Source: a virus
Reading direction: 5' to 3' (one strand)
DNA: 64,000 nt
Virus record (IMG/VR): IMGVR_UViG_3300037067_026753
The notes below the pieces were generated by a model that did not search any database, was not told where the DNA came from, and saw nothing but the letters and a program-made list of their open reading frames with translations. A program made the position numbers and the translations under genes. Positions 30,889 through 39,366 of this stretch are shown in pieces (position 1 is the first letter of the stretch; each line of letters opens with the position of its first letter).

Positions 30889-31460
30889 TATTTCACCATA
30901 TATTTTTTTTGAAATTCAATCTTAAATTGTCTTGCTTCTTCTTGAGAACCGATTTTAGAATCGACAAGTTTTACAGGTCTTCTTTCTTTTGATTTTGTAT
31001 AAGGCGAACCGCTACCACCATTATGGTATTTTATTGCATTTTCTAAATTTATTGTTACACCACAATAAAATGTCAGATCCTTGCATTGTAGGACATAAGC
31101 AGTATATTGTGGTTCTTGTTGCTCGATTTGAATAGGAGTTTCAAAATTAGATTGTTGTTTAGATTGCTCAGGTTGTTTTTTTATTTCAATAACTTCTTCA
31201 CTTATTTTTGGCAATTCAGCTTTTTCAGTCTTTAATTCAACTGGCTCGACTACAGGCTCTACAATAGGAAAATCAAATTTTGAAATATCACATTTTATTG
31301 AAAGAAGCGAAACGCATTTTCTACAAACCAAAATACTTGGTGTGACCTTTAAAATCTTAAAACCCACATCATGCTGTTTATACGGTTCAGGACATCCTCT
31401 TGAACAATATAAATATTTTTTAAGTCTTCCTGAATCATCTGTGTAAAAAAATTCTTTCAT
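30888..31460 (-). CDS. protein with C-terminal GIY-YIG nuclease-like domain (YVLQC...YCGVT.NL..R..HN). Start likely MKEFFY
   Basis: GIY/YIG motif pattern. Confidence 0.45.
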   Translation of the reverse strand: MKEFFYTDDSGRLKKYLYCSRGCPEPYKQHDVGFKILKVTPSILVCRKCVSLLSIKCDISKFDFPIVEPVVEPVELKTEKAELPKISEEVIEIKKQPEQSKQQSNFETPIQIEQQEPQYTAYVLQCKDLTFYCGVTINLENAIKYHNGGSGSPYTKSKERRPVKLVDSKIGSQEEARQFKIEFQKKYMVK

Positions 31461-32380
31461 AATTTGATTAATGTCGAAACCGACTCCCAAGCTTTTTGTT
31501 TTAAAAGCAAACCATTTCCCCAAAATAGGGATTCTAAATGATTTGAAATTTTTTCTGAATGACTTGAACCTTTTGACAATCTTTCATAATCGATGTAATT
31601 TACGACAGAACAAAACCATGACCAAGCAGAAGTAGAGTTAGAAAATTTTTTGCTTTCAAAATTGTGTTGTTGTCTGATTTTTTCTAAATTGTTTTTTGTT
31701 CTCGTTGATTCAAGGCTATACGTCGAAAAAACGCTTTCAATAAACATTTCAATTTTTTTTGTATCGAAAACAGATTTATATAATTTTAAAATCGACTCCT
31801 CAAATTTTTGATAAAATCTGTCAGCTAAATCGAATATTTTTTTTGAATCGTCTATTCGTTGATAGACTTTGCCTACATGACGTAATGCTATTCCTTGTTC
31901 AACTCTTTTCCCAAAAGAAATATTCAATAAAGTTTGAGTAGATTTTCTTATAGGCAAAAAATAAGCTCGAATCGCTCCTCTACCATCATGAGCATTTGAA
32001 AAAAGAATAAATTTCTCTATTACATCTTTTGATGGTAATGTTATTTCATCATTTAATTTTATAAGCAACCAAATTTTTTCACCTTTTCCTATAAAACCAG
32101 CTGCATGAAATGAAGCAGAACCATTCTGTATTGATTTATCTAAAAAAGAAAAAACATTTATATTCTGAATGCTCTTATAAGACGAATTGACAATTCCTAG
32201 AACATCATTCGTATCTGTTCGTACAATTGCAACTTTTCCATCAATTTTCTGTCCATCAACAACTTGAATTCTTTTTGATTCTACTGTCCAATTCAACTTT
32301 GCTTTTTGCATTGCATTAGCTGATGTTTTTGTTGTCTTGGGCAGTGTAATCCCAAACTCTCCCCAAATTTTTCTAGACAT
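31457..32380 (-). CDS. DUF932 / phage-plasmid-like protein family (TIGR03299-like)
   Basis: N-terminal pattern WTVESKRIQVVDG...VRTDTNDVLGIVNSSYKSIQN. Confidence 0.5.
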   Translation of the reverse strand: MSRKIWGEFGITLPKTTKTSANAMQKAKLNWTVESKRIQVVDGQKIDGKVAIVRTDTNDVLGIVNSSYKSIQNINVFSFLDKSIQNGSASFHAAGFIGKGEKIWLLIKLNDEITLPSKDVIEKFILFSNAHDGRGAIRAYFLPIRKSTQTLLNISFGKRVEQGIALRHVGKVYQRIDDSKKIFDLADRFYQKFEESILKLYKSVFDTKKIEMFIESVFSTYSLESTRTKNNLEKIRQQHNFESKKFSNSTSAWSWFCSVVNYIDYERLSKGSSHSEKISNHLESLFWGNGLLLKQKAWESVSTLIKL

Positions 32381-32440
32381 AAAAACTCCATCTTATCTAA
32401 ATTTGCTTAATAATATTATAAAGAAATCCAAACAAGTGTT

Positions 32441-32581
32441 TCATTGTTCAAAATTAATTTCATCATCAGCAAATAATTCTTCTTCATCCAAAATGCTATC
32501 TGTTCCCTCGAATTCGTCATCATTGTCATTGATGTCATCATCGTTAAATAGAATTTTATAAATATCATCGTCTTCTGTCAT
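32441..32581 (-). CDS. highly acidic 46-aa protein (MTEDDDIYKILFNDDDINDNDDEFEG...), first ORF of the leftward block
   Basis: own translation; not in ORF track. Confidence 0.3.
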   Translation of the reverse strand: MTEDDDIYKILFNDDDINDNDDEFEGTDSILDEEELFADDEINFEQ

Positions 32582-32687
32582 ATTTTCCTCTTTCTAAAAA
32601 CTGTGTTTTATTTTCACAAGATATAACGTTTAGAAAATTTTCCCTTTTTAGCTTTTAAATTGTAGGATTTAACAAAGGAGGATCAAG

Positions 32688-32870
32688 ATGAAAAAAGATT
32701 TAATTTATGTTACGACCTGCGAAAACTGTATTCATTCAGATTTCTGTTGTATATTAAATTCTTACACTTGCAATAATTTTATTCCCACCATTGATTCTAA
32801 TTATAGATATGTACTAGATCCAAATTTATTTGAAATAGAAAAACAAAATTTTGCATTGTATTTATTATGA
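32688..32870 (+). CDS. small Cys-rich protein (60 aa)
   Basis: ORF with RBS AAAGGAGG upstream. Confidence 0.4.
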   Translation: MKKDLIYVTTCENCIHSDFCCILNSYTCNNFIPTIDSNYRYVLDPNLFEIEKQNFALYLL

Positions 32871-32911
32871 TCGAAAATTAGAAAATTAAATTAAATCTAA
32901 TTGAAGATTAT

Positions 32912-33181
32912 ATGACACATATTAAAGATATTAATGCTCTACGCACATCTTGTTCCTACACTGGAGCTTTTTTAGACCCTTTCAGTGAACAAAAACTTAT
33001 CCCATTAAAAAAGAAACTTGTCAAAAAAGCAATAAAACAATACAAAAATGTAACGGCTTGTAGCCCATTCTGTTTTCAGCTTCATGAACAAAAACTTCTC
33101 TTCTGGTTCAACCATAACGAAACTACTAAAACTTTATCCCATACAATCAAAGCTTCTATAGTTTCATCTATAACTTTTTAG
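32912..33181 (+). CDS. hypothetical protein (89 aa)
   Basis: ORF. Confidence 0.35.
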   Translation: MTHIKDINALRTSCSYTGAFLDPFSEQKLIPLKKKLVKKAIKQYKNVTACSPFCFQLHEQKLLFWFNHNETTKTLSHTIKASIVSSITF

Positions 33182-33213
33182 TTCTTTCCAATTCAAATAA
33201 TTAAAAATGCTTT

Positions 33214-34059
33214 ATGAACTACAAATGCAAAGTCTGCTCTTGGACAGGCACAAGAGGTGATTTAGTACTAGACAAAATTAACTCAAACTCAAATTATGAC
33301 AATCATAATCATTTGAGACATCCCGACACCTTCAGCACTGATTTCAGCTATATACTCAATGTTCAAAATTGGTGCTACTGTCCAAATTGTTTCAACATGT
33401 TTCCAATACCCAGATCTGAAACAGTCCTTTCGCTTGTACATCGTGGCTCAGTAATCTCTATTGTCACTAATAATCCATTCCATAGAGGCCCAACATTCTT
33501 ACATCTCGGAAGAATTCTTGATTTTGTTGTAGGAGAAAGAAATATATCATTTCTCGGATATAAAGCCCTTGAACATTTTCCTTTCAATCTTAATATGATT
33601 CTCAGCACTACTCCAGAATTAGAATTTGAATCAAAAATCGTCTTGAAGATTGTCCACTATTTTCATAAACAACATTTTAATTGTGAAGCACGAGACTATG
33701 ACGATTATAAGCTTTTTGGGAGATGGGGTATTATTATGAAAAATACTTATCCACTAAGAAGTTGTTCACTTTGTGCTAGAATTCATGATTATGAGACAAA
33801 AAAATCAAATGGTTGGCCACTGTCAGTCAAAGCAATTGATAGAATAAAAATGGATACTTTTAAAAGTCTTGCAAATGTGCCATTAAACACAAACAATAAA
33901 TTCAATAAAATCTTTAATCCGCAAAATATTGTAGAAAAACCACAAATCTGTTGTTGCAACGAAATAAGCAAGAAACCAAATGAATTTTGCTCTATTCATA
34001 ATACTGCTGACATTGTTGGTACTGCATCACCAAGCAATTTAGCAAGTCTAAATTTCTAA
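33214..34059 (+). CDS. Cys-rich hypothetical protein (281 aa)
   Basis: ORF after divergent intergenic region. Confidence 0.45.
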   Translation: MNYKCKVCSWTGTRGDLVLDKINSNSNYDNHNHLRHPDTFSTDFSYILNVQNWCYCPNCFNMFPIPRSETVLSLVHRGSVISIVTNNPFHRGPTFLHLGRILDFVVGERNISFLGYKALEHFPFNLNMILSTTPELEFESKIVLKIVHYFHKQHFNCEARDYDDYKLFGRWGIIMKNTYPLRSCSLCARIHDYETKKSNGWPLSVKAIDRIKMDTFKSLANVPLNTNNKFNKIFNPQNIVEKPQICCCNEISKKPNEFCSIHNTADIVGTASPSNLASLNF

Positions 34060-35000
34060 ATCTTATAAAGACCTTTAGACTTAATATATTCGATAACGTC
34101 TTTATCCAAATAAGATGCAACAGTTTCAAAATTTCCAACACCACAACATTCTCTTAATCTTGTCGAATTAACCTCCACCGGCGGAACATCAGGATCTATA
34201 TATCTATGTGGCTGTTTTAAACACCATTCAGCACCTTCGAAAACATAACCTTGTCTATTAATCACAACAAATGGTACAATCTTCAAAAGATCTTCATAAT
34301 TAGACCACTGTGTTATTGTATTTGCATTATCAAGCCCAATCATTAAACTAAAAGAGAAAAAATCCTTATAAACAGGGTCATTCATTAACAACTTCATAAA
34401 ATGATATGTCTCACCCTGAAATTCATGTGTTATTTCATAATCAAAAACTCTTATTCGAGCATCAACCCTTGCTGCTATACGACACATCTCTAAACGATCT
34501 TCAGCGCTTGCAAGATCTTTACCATAAAGATGCTTATAACAAGGGGTCAACCACACTTCATCAAAATCGCTACTATGATTCAAAACTATTTGAGCAGCTT
34601 CAATATGCCCATTATGAATCATATTGAATGCTCCGCCCTGAATCACTACACGACGTTTTCTACCCAAAGTCTTATATTGTTTCTGACGCCGCTTTATTTT
34701 TGCCAATGTCCCCTGAATCACATCTTCAAGTTCCCAACCATTTTCATTACACGATTGAATCGCAGAACAAAGAAGATCGCCTGTCTCTTCTTTCATTCCA
34801 CGTATATCGACTGTTCTCGATAACTCAATTGCTTCTCCAAGTATATCATTATGCCGCTCACGCAAAGAACTATGCCCGAACGACTCAACAAAAAGCTCGT
34901 CTATCGTTTTTTGCAATTCTTTTGTATCCATACATTCCCTTTCTAAAATATCTTCAATATAATTACTTTTTATGCACCAGGGTTCTATATACAAAAACAA
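34056..35000 (-). CDS. MazG-like nucleotide pyrophosphohydrolase domain fused to nicotinamide/nicotinate-mononucleotide adenylyltransferase (HxGH: AFNMIHNGH)
   Basis: MazG N-terminal EE/KD pattern plus (H/T)xGH nucleotidyltransferase motif. Confidence 0.6.
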   Translation of the reverse strand: MFLYIEPWCIKSNYIEDILERECMDTKELQKTIDELFVESFGHSSLRERHNDILGEAIELSRTVDIRGMKEETGDLLCSAIQSCNENGWELEDVIQGTLAKIKRRQKQYKTLGRKRRVVIQGGAFNMIHNGHIEAAQIVLNHSSDFDEVWLTPCYKHLYGKDLASAEDRLEMCRIAARVDARIRVFDYEITHEFQGETYHFMKLLMNDPVYKDFFSFSLMIGLDNANTITQWSNYEDLLKIVPFVVINRQGYVFEGAEWCLKQPHRYIDPDVPPVEVNSTRLRECCGVGNFETVASYLDKDVIEYIKSKGLYKI

Positions 35001-35054
35001 TTATAGCTAGCACAACTATATGTTGACTAGCTTTATTGTATGTGAGTTACTTGT

Positions 35055-35345
35055 TTATCTGCGGTAAGGAGGTCTGTTCCCTGCGGGTCTTCTTTCCTGT
35101 TCTCTGGCAGCTGATACTGACAACTGACGCCCTTCGATTGAAGATTGCGAACCTTCTGACAATGCTCTGTCTGCATTATCCAATTCGACAAAACCAAAAC
35201 CACGTGACCGCCCTGTATCGCGATCCATAATAACTTTTGCAGACATGACACTTCCATACTGTTCAAAATGTCTCTGCAGAGCAGCATCATCCGTGCTAAA
35301 CGGAAGATTCCCTACATAAATCTTCTGACTCACAAGAACCTCCAC
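35055..35345 (-). CDS. RRM-type RNA-binding protein (RNP2 IYVGNL, RNP1 RGFGFVE), GC content clearly above flanks
   Basis: RNP1/RNP2 motifs. Confidence 0.75.
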   Translation of the reverse strand: MEVLVSQKIYVGNLPFSTDDAALQRHFEQYGSVMSAKVIMDRDTGRSRGFGFVELDNADRALSEGSQSSIEGRQLSVSAAREQERRPAGNRPPYRR

Positions 35346-35364
35346 TAACGTTAATAATGAAAAA

Positions 35365-35438
35365 TACCCCGTGCAGGACTCAAACCTGCGACCCTCTGCT
35401 TAGAAGGCAGATGCTCTATTCAACTGAGCTAACGGGGC
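35365..35438 (-). tRNA. tRNA-Arg (anticodon TCT)
   Basis: manual cloverleaf: GCCCCGT acceptor, loop CTTCTAA, T-loop TTTGAGT. Confidence 0.75.
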
Positions 35439-35477
35439 AAAGTTTCATAAATTATATATCATACACATAATAAAAAG

Positions 35478-35550
35478 TAAATTAAAAAGCAGCAGACCGG
35501 GCTTGAACCGGCGACCTCTACCTTGGCAAGGTAATATTCTACCAACTGAA
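35478..35550 (-). tRNA. tRNA-Gly (anticodon GCC)
   Basis: manual cloverleaf, loop TTGCCAA. Confidence 0.75.
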
Positions 35551-35559
35551 CTACTGCTG

Positions 35560-35633
35560 CATATAATGGTACCCTCGGCAAGACTTTAACTTGCGACTTT
35601 TCGGTTCGTAGCCGAATGCTCTATACGACTGAG
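35560..35633 (-). tRNA. tRNA-Arg (anticodon ACG), T-loop TTAAAGT atypical
   Basis: manual cloverleaf, loop CTACGAA. Confidence 0.65.
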
Positions 35634-36484
35634 CTACGAGGGCATAACTTTCTTTTAAAACAAGATTCTTTATAAAATTCTGGCATATATTTTTTCATCC
35701 AAGATGCTACTTTTTGTTGTCTAATATTTAAAATTTTTGATGCCTGATCTACCCAACCAAATTTTAAAAAATCAATTTTGCTTATTTTAATAGCATTTAT
35801 TTTTTCTTGAATTCTTTTTTCTTTGATTTGCAATCTTTTTTGTTTTTCTTCTAGAATTTTATCTTTAATAGTTTTAATGTCATTAATGTTATAATATCTG
35901 TCTTGTCGATCGTCAATGTTTTTTATAAAAGTTAACAATTCTTGTTTTTCTTTATTAGAATTTTTACATACGTTCACCCAACAAACTCTATAAATCTTCC
36001 AACCAAGAGATCTTAAATAAGCGTCTCTTTTTGCATCATGCTCGATATTTTCTTTTGAACGATAATGTTGTTGACCGTCAATTTCTATATCTAATTTCAA
36101 GTCAATAATTGCAAAATCAAGAAAATATTTCCCGACATTGAGTTTTTCTTTTATTAGATATCTCTTGTTTAAACTCTCTAATTCGAAAAAATTAACAAAA
36201 TATTTTTCTGGATAACTTCTTCTATTTGGGTCAGAATTTTTAAAACTCCAACCTTGATGTTCACCTTTTTTACATATCTCGATTTGAGCACGACTTATTT
36301 TCTTTTTATGTTCATTAGAAAGTTTTATTTTCCTTTTTTTACAAGATTTAATGACATATTTAATAGATGTAATTTTGTAACCAAATTCTTTAATTTTAGG
36401 AATTGGGACACCATCTTCATATAATTTTTTGATCTGTTGAACAATAAATTCTGAAATTTGACATCTAGCCTCATGAATTTTCAT
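35621..36484 (-). CDS. homing-endonuclease-like protein: C2H2/C2HC zinc finger region plus DUF559/Vsr-like PD-(D/E)xK domain (FLDFAIIDLKLDIEIDGQQH...RD..L...GW). 3' end overlaps tRNA-Arg(ACG). ORF-track N-terminus (to 36613) overlaps tRNA-Gly(TCC)
   Basis: domain motifs; insertion between tRNA genes. Confidence 0.5.
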   Translation of the reverse strand: MKIHEARCQISEFIVQQIKKLYEDGVPIPKIKEFGYKITSIKYVIKSCKKRKIKLSNEHKKKISRAQIEICKKGEHQGWSFKNSDPNRRSYPEKYFVNFFELESLNKRYLIKEKLNVGKYFLDFAIIDLKLDIEIDGQQHYRSKENIEHDAKRDAYLRSLGWKIYRVCWVNVCKNSNKEKQELLTFIKNIDDRQDRYYNINDIKTIKDKILEEKQKRLQIKEKRIQEKINAIKISKIDFLKFGWVDQASKILNIRQQKVASWMKKYMPEFYKESCFKRKLCPRSSVV

Positions 36485-36531
36485 ACCTCGAAACGACTTA
36501 CAACTTCTCCCGCATTTTTCGCATTTAAAAA

Positions 36532-36603
36532 AGTGGACGAAGGGACTTGAACCCTCAACAATCAGATTGGAAATCTGAGACTCTACCATTGAGCTACGTC
36601 CAC
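36532..36603 (-). tRNA. tRNA-Gly (anticodon TCC)
   Basis: manual cloverleaf, perfect 7-bp acceptor, loop TTTCCAA. Confidence 0.75.
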
Positions 36604-36612
36604 AAAAATTCA

Positions 36613-36685
36613 TAGTCCGGGGCGGAGTCGAACCGCTGTCCTGAGATTGAGAATCTCAAATCCTAAACCACTAGACGACCGGACC
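36613..36685 (-). tRNA. tRNA-Glu (anticodon CTC)
   Basis: manual cloverleaf, loop TTCTCAA. Confidence 0.6.
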
Positions 36686-36691
36686 AAAAAA

Positions 36692-36768
36692 TGGCTGGCG
36701 GGAAGGGACTTGAACCCCCAACCTTCGGGTTAACGGCCCGACGCTACCGCCTGTTGAGCTACCCGCCA
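36692..36768 (-). tRNA. tRNA-Asn-like (anticodon GTT) with encoded CCA, apparent C at position 33
   Basis: manual fold; anticodon loop CCGTTAA. Confidence 0.5.
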
Positions 36769-36860
36769 ATAAAATTAAATGCTCTACCTATCTCTGACTC
36801 TTTCCTTTTCAGACAGCCCTCAGGTTTAAAATCGTGTAGAGCAATTTCAAAGATCAAAAT

Positions 36861-36932
36861 CGGGACATAGGAGAATTGAACTCCTGTCTCCGGGTTGACA
36901 GCCCGGTGGCCTAACCACTAGACGAATGCCCC
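36861..36932 (-). tRNA. tRNA-Asp (anticodon GTC)
   Basis: manual cloverleaf, loop CTGTCAA. Confidence 0.75.
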
Positions 36933-36941
36933 ATAAAATTT

Positions 36942-37015
36942 TGGACCGTGTCGGGATTGAACCGACCAAAAAGCTGCTTGCAGGGCAGCTCCGCCCCCAT
37001 TGACTGTTACGGCCC
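36942..37015 (-). tRNA. tRNA-Ala-like (anticodon TGC), apparent C33 and weak D-stem. Possibly degenerate
   Basis: manual fold; loop CCTGCAA. Confidence 0.4.
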
Positions 37016-37048
37016 TTAAAAAACTTTGAGCTATATGAGAGTCTTCTA

Positions 37049-37094
37049 CTACCATTCCTGCCGGCTATATAGCTCAATAGCCTTGGGAAATGGT
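37049..37094. other. imperfect ~20-bp hairpin (TACCATTCC...GGCTATATAGCTCAATAGCC...GGAAATGGTA)
   Basis: inverted repeat seen directly; lies between CDS 37128..37451 and tRNA block. Confidence 0.4.
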
Positions 37095-37127
37095 ACCTGA
37101 TTACTCAAGTTCTAAAAGTCTCTCTTT

Positions 37128-37451
37128 TTAAATATCTGTCAAAGAACTATCTCTGTTCTTTATTTCTTGCATTGAGAGACCATAAAGTCTCCTTTGATTA
37201 CCACACATAGCACAAGAACAAAGTTTTGTCGTATTTCTTCTTCTTGCTGCTGCTAAATGAATAGCCTTCTCTCTTTCATTGGGATCTTTTATCCATCTGT
37301 AAGAATCCCAATAACCTGCTCCACGCCTTTTGCCCTTGGTATCTCCAATGACAAAACGTTCAAGCCTGTTTCCAGGGTGTGACATAATGACTCCTTTCCG
37401 CACTCTCTGGTGGAGTGCTATAGACTGGATGCCATTATGTCCTCCTTTCAA
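37128..37451 (-). CDS. small basic Cys-containing protein (107 aa)
   Basis: ORF abutting tRNA-Met. Confidence 0.4.
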   Translation of the reverse strand: MKGGHNGIQSIALHQRVRKGVIMSHPGNRLERFVIGDTKGKRRGAGYWDSYRWIKDPNEREKAIHLAAARRRNTTKLCSCAMCGNQRRLYGLSMQEIKNRDSSLTDI

Positions 37452-37456
37452 TTTTA

Positions 37457-37530
37457 TGGGCCATGAGGGACTTGAACCCCCGGCCTTCTCGTTATGAGCG
37501 AGCTACTCTTACCAACTGAGTTAATGACCC
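37457..37530 (-). tRNA. tRNA-Met (anticodon CAT), elongator-type (G1-C72). tRNA-Ile2/lysidine type not excluded
   Basis: manual cloverleaf, loop CTCATAA. Confidence 0.7.
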
Positions 37531-37541
37531 GTATATTTCAA

Positions 37542-37615
37542 TAGGGGTGAGAGGGATTGAACCTCCGACCTTCTGCTTATCAGACAAACGCTCTTACCAA
37601 CTGAGCTACACCCCT
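37542..37615 (-). tRNA. tRNA-Ile (anticodon GAT)
   Basis: manual cloverleaf, loop CTGATAA. Confidence 0.75.
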
Positions 37616-37628
37616 GTAAATTTCAAAG

Positions 37629-37700
37629 TAGCCCCAAGGAGAATTGAACTCCTGCTATCAGGTTGAAAACCTGGTGTCCTTACCACTAGACCATGGGGCC
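37629..37700 (-). tRNA. tRNA-Glu (anticodon TTC)
   Basis: manual cloverleaf, loop TTTTCAA. Confidence 0.7.
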
Positions 37701-37705
37701 AAAAA

Positions 37706-37781
37706 TGGAGCCAGCACCCGGGCTCAAACCGGGAGTCTTTCGATTACAAGTCGAATGCTTCATCAATTAAGCTATACTGGC
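37706..37781 (-). tRNA. tRNA-Thr (anticodon TGT), CCA encoded
   Basis: manual cloverleaf, loop CTTGTAA. Confidence 0.7.
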
Positions 37782-38573
37782 GAAATTTGTTTCTAACCAT
37801 AATTTATCGTATCTAATCAAAAATTTATAACCTCCATAAAAAGCACGTCTAAATTCTTGCTTTGACTTAAAAGTTGACGCTTTTTGTTTTGCAAGTTCAA
37901 GCGTCCATTTTATCAGCGTTTTTCCTTCTAATTCTACTTGTTTTTTTCTTTCAAGTTGCTTTTTTGTCAATTGTCTGTTTTTTCTTGTACTTCTCCCTAA
38001 ATTATTTCTATAAGTACTTGTTAACGAATGATGATTGGGACATAACAATTGCAAATTTTCTTCATTATTATTTTCGCCATTACCATCTTTATGATGCATT
38101 TCTATTGGGATTTTTTGAGTAAATATATTTCTTTCAGACCATCCGCATATCATGCATTTTTCACCGAATTTTTCAATCAAATATTTTTTTAAAACTTTTG
38201 TGTTTCTTTGCTTTCCTTCAGGAATTAATTTAAAATCTTTTTTCTTTTTTTGTTTTTTATAAAACTCAGAATAACAAGAACTAGAGCAAAATTTATTGTT
38301 TGAAGTTAATGTCTTGCAATTTAAGCATTCTTTTGTCCTGTCAATCTTTTTTCTTTTTGGAAACTTACTTCCATTATAAATTGCTGCACAAGTACGATTA
38401 CAGAATTTTCCGTTTCTTTTTTCGTAACTTAAAGGTTCATTACATTGTTCGCAAAAATTAGGTTCTTTTAGATAATTATTGACTTTTGTTATATGTTTTT
38501 CAAACTGAGCCACCCTTGAATTCTTATAACCTTTCTTTCCAGCTGTCGACGCTGTTTCAGAATTCCAAATCAT
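37767..38573 (-). CDS. HNH homing endonuclease-like protein with multiple zinc fingers (HHKDGNGENNNEENLQLLCPNHH)
   Basis: HNH motif; adjacent to tRNA cluster. Confidence 0.6.
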   Translation of the reverse strand: MIWNSETASTAGKKGYKNSRVAQFEKHITKVNNYLKEPNFCEQCNEPLSYEKRNGKFCNRTCAAIYNGSKFPKRKKIDRTKECLNCKTLTSNNKFCSSSCYSEFYKKQKKKKDFKLIPEGKQRNTKVLKKYLIEKFGEKCMICGWSERNIFTQKIPIEMHHKDGNGENNNEENLQLLCPNHHSLTSTYRNNLGRSTRKNRQLTKKQLERKKQVELEGKTLIKWTLELAKQKASTFKSKQEFRRAFYGGYKFLIRYDKLWLETNFASIA

Positions 38574-38809
38574 ATTTTTCTCTAAATCAAACGGACCCTG
38601 AATTTCTTCAAGGTCCGCATCCTAAATTTCGTTTTTATATTAGGATGCGGACATTACCCTCCTGTTTCGTCATTACCGTTAATGGCAATGCGATTTTCGC
38701 GGGTTCTGTTTGCTATCCTAATAGTTTTCATAATTGTTTCCTTGAAATAAATATACCACTATTATAATCAAGTGTACAGGTATTTTTAAAAATAAATTAT
38801 AAATATTTT

Positions 38810-39127
38810 ATGACCTTCACAGAACAACTTAATGAAGCAAAACATTGCATTGATGTTATGAAAAGAATTGGCACATATCATGGCCATAAAATAGGAGTAA
38901 TAAATATAGAAAAAGACACATTGACTTTATTTAATGGTAGAGTTTGTCTTTATAGAGAAGATGGTGATACATTGATTACAGAGTATGCTTGCGATGAACA
39001 ATGGATTGAAAAAAACTTGAAAGTAAATAATTGTCTTATAACACATTCAGCATGTGTTTGCGTGCCCAGAAATCTAGTCATCCCATGGAGTTCGAAATTT
39101 GAAAAAATATTTGGCAAAAATGTCTAA
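38810..39127 (+). CDS. hypothetical protein (105 aa)
   Basis: ORF. Confidence 0.4.
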   Translation: MTFTEQLNEAKHCIDVMKRIGTYHGHKIGVINIEKDTLTLFNGRVCLYREDGDTLITEYACDEQWIEKNLKVNNCLITHSACVCVPRNLVIPWSSKFEKIFGKNV

Positions 39128-39180
39128 TAAAATAGATATACTTCAATTATGGAATCAAAAGTCTTTAAAAAGCGACTAAC

Positions 39181-39360
39181 ATGATTTTTAGATTTTGTGT
39201 TACACAAAAAATTGAAATACAAAAAGGTTATACTTGCGGTTCTTATTGTTCTGACTATAAACCTCGAAATAAAAAATGTGGCATTTGCAAATATTCAAGA
39301 AAATTCAAATTCTCTGACAGAGAAGCAAAAGAAAAAATTTTAACACTTTTGAATTCTTAA
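39181..39360 (+). CDS. small zinc-ribbon protein (59 aa), not in ORF track
   Basis: own translation. Confidence 0.3.
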   Translation: MIFRFCVTQKIEIQKGYTCGSYCSDYKPRNKKCGICKYSRKFKFSDREAKEKILTLLNS

Positions 39361-39366
39361 ATTTTT

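Noticed and set aside
35033-35290. ORFs 35033..35290 (-) and 35036..35230 (+) overlapping the RRM gene
   Set aside because: Alternative frames of a GC-rich region. Only the RRM frame shows RNP1/RNP2 motifs.
35621-36613. Full-length 330-aa ORF as annotated in the six-frame track
   Set aside because: Its first 27 codons are the sequence of tRNA-Gly(TCC). The protein more likely starts downstream, at Met 36484 or an unrecognised non-ATG start. It was trimmed in the feature list.
36847-37077. ORF 36847..37077 (-) 76 aa
   Set aside because: Lies on top of tRNA-Asp and the tRNA-Ala-like gene. Its translation is just the tRNA sequence.
37020-37110. An additional tRNA between the tRNA-Ala-like gene and CDS 37128..37451
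   Set aside because: No D or T arm can be folded. The sequence is a simple two-tier hairpin.
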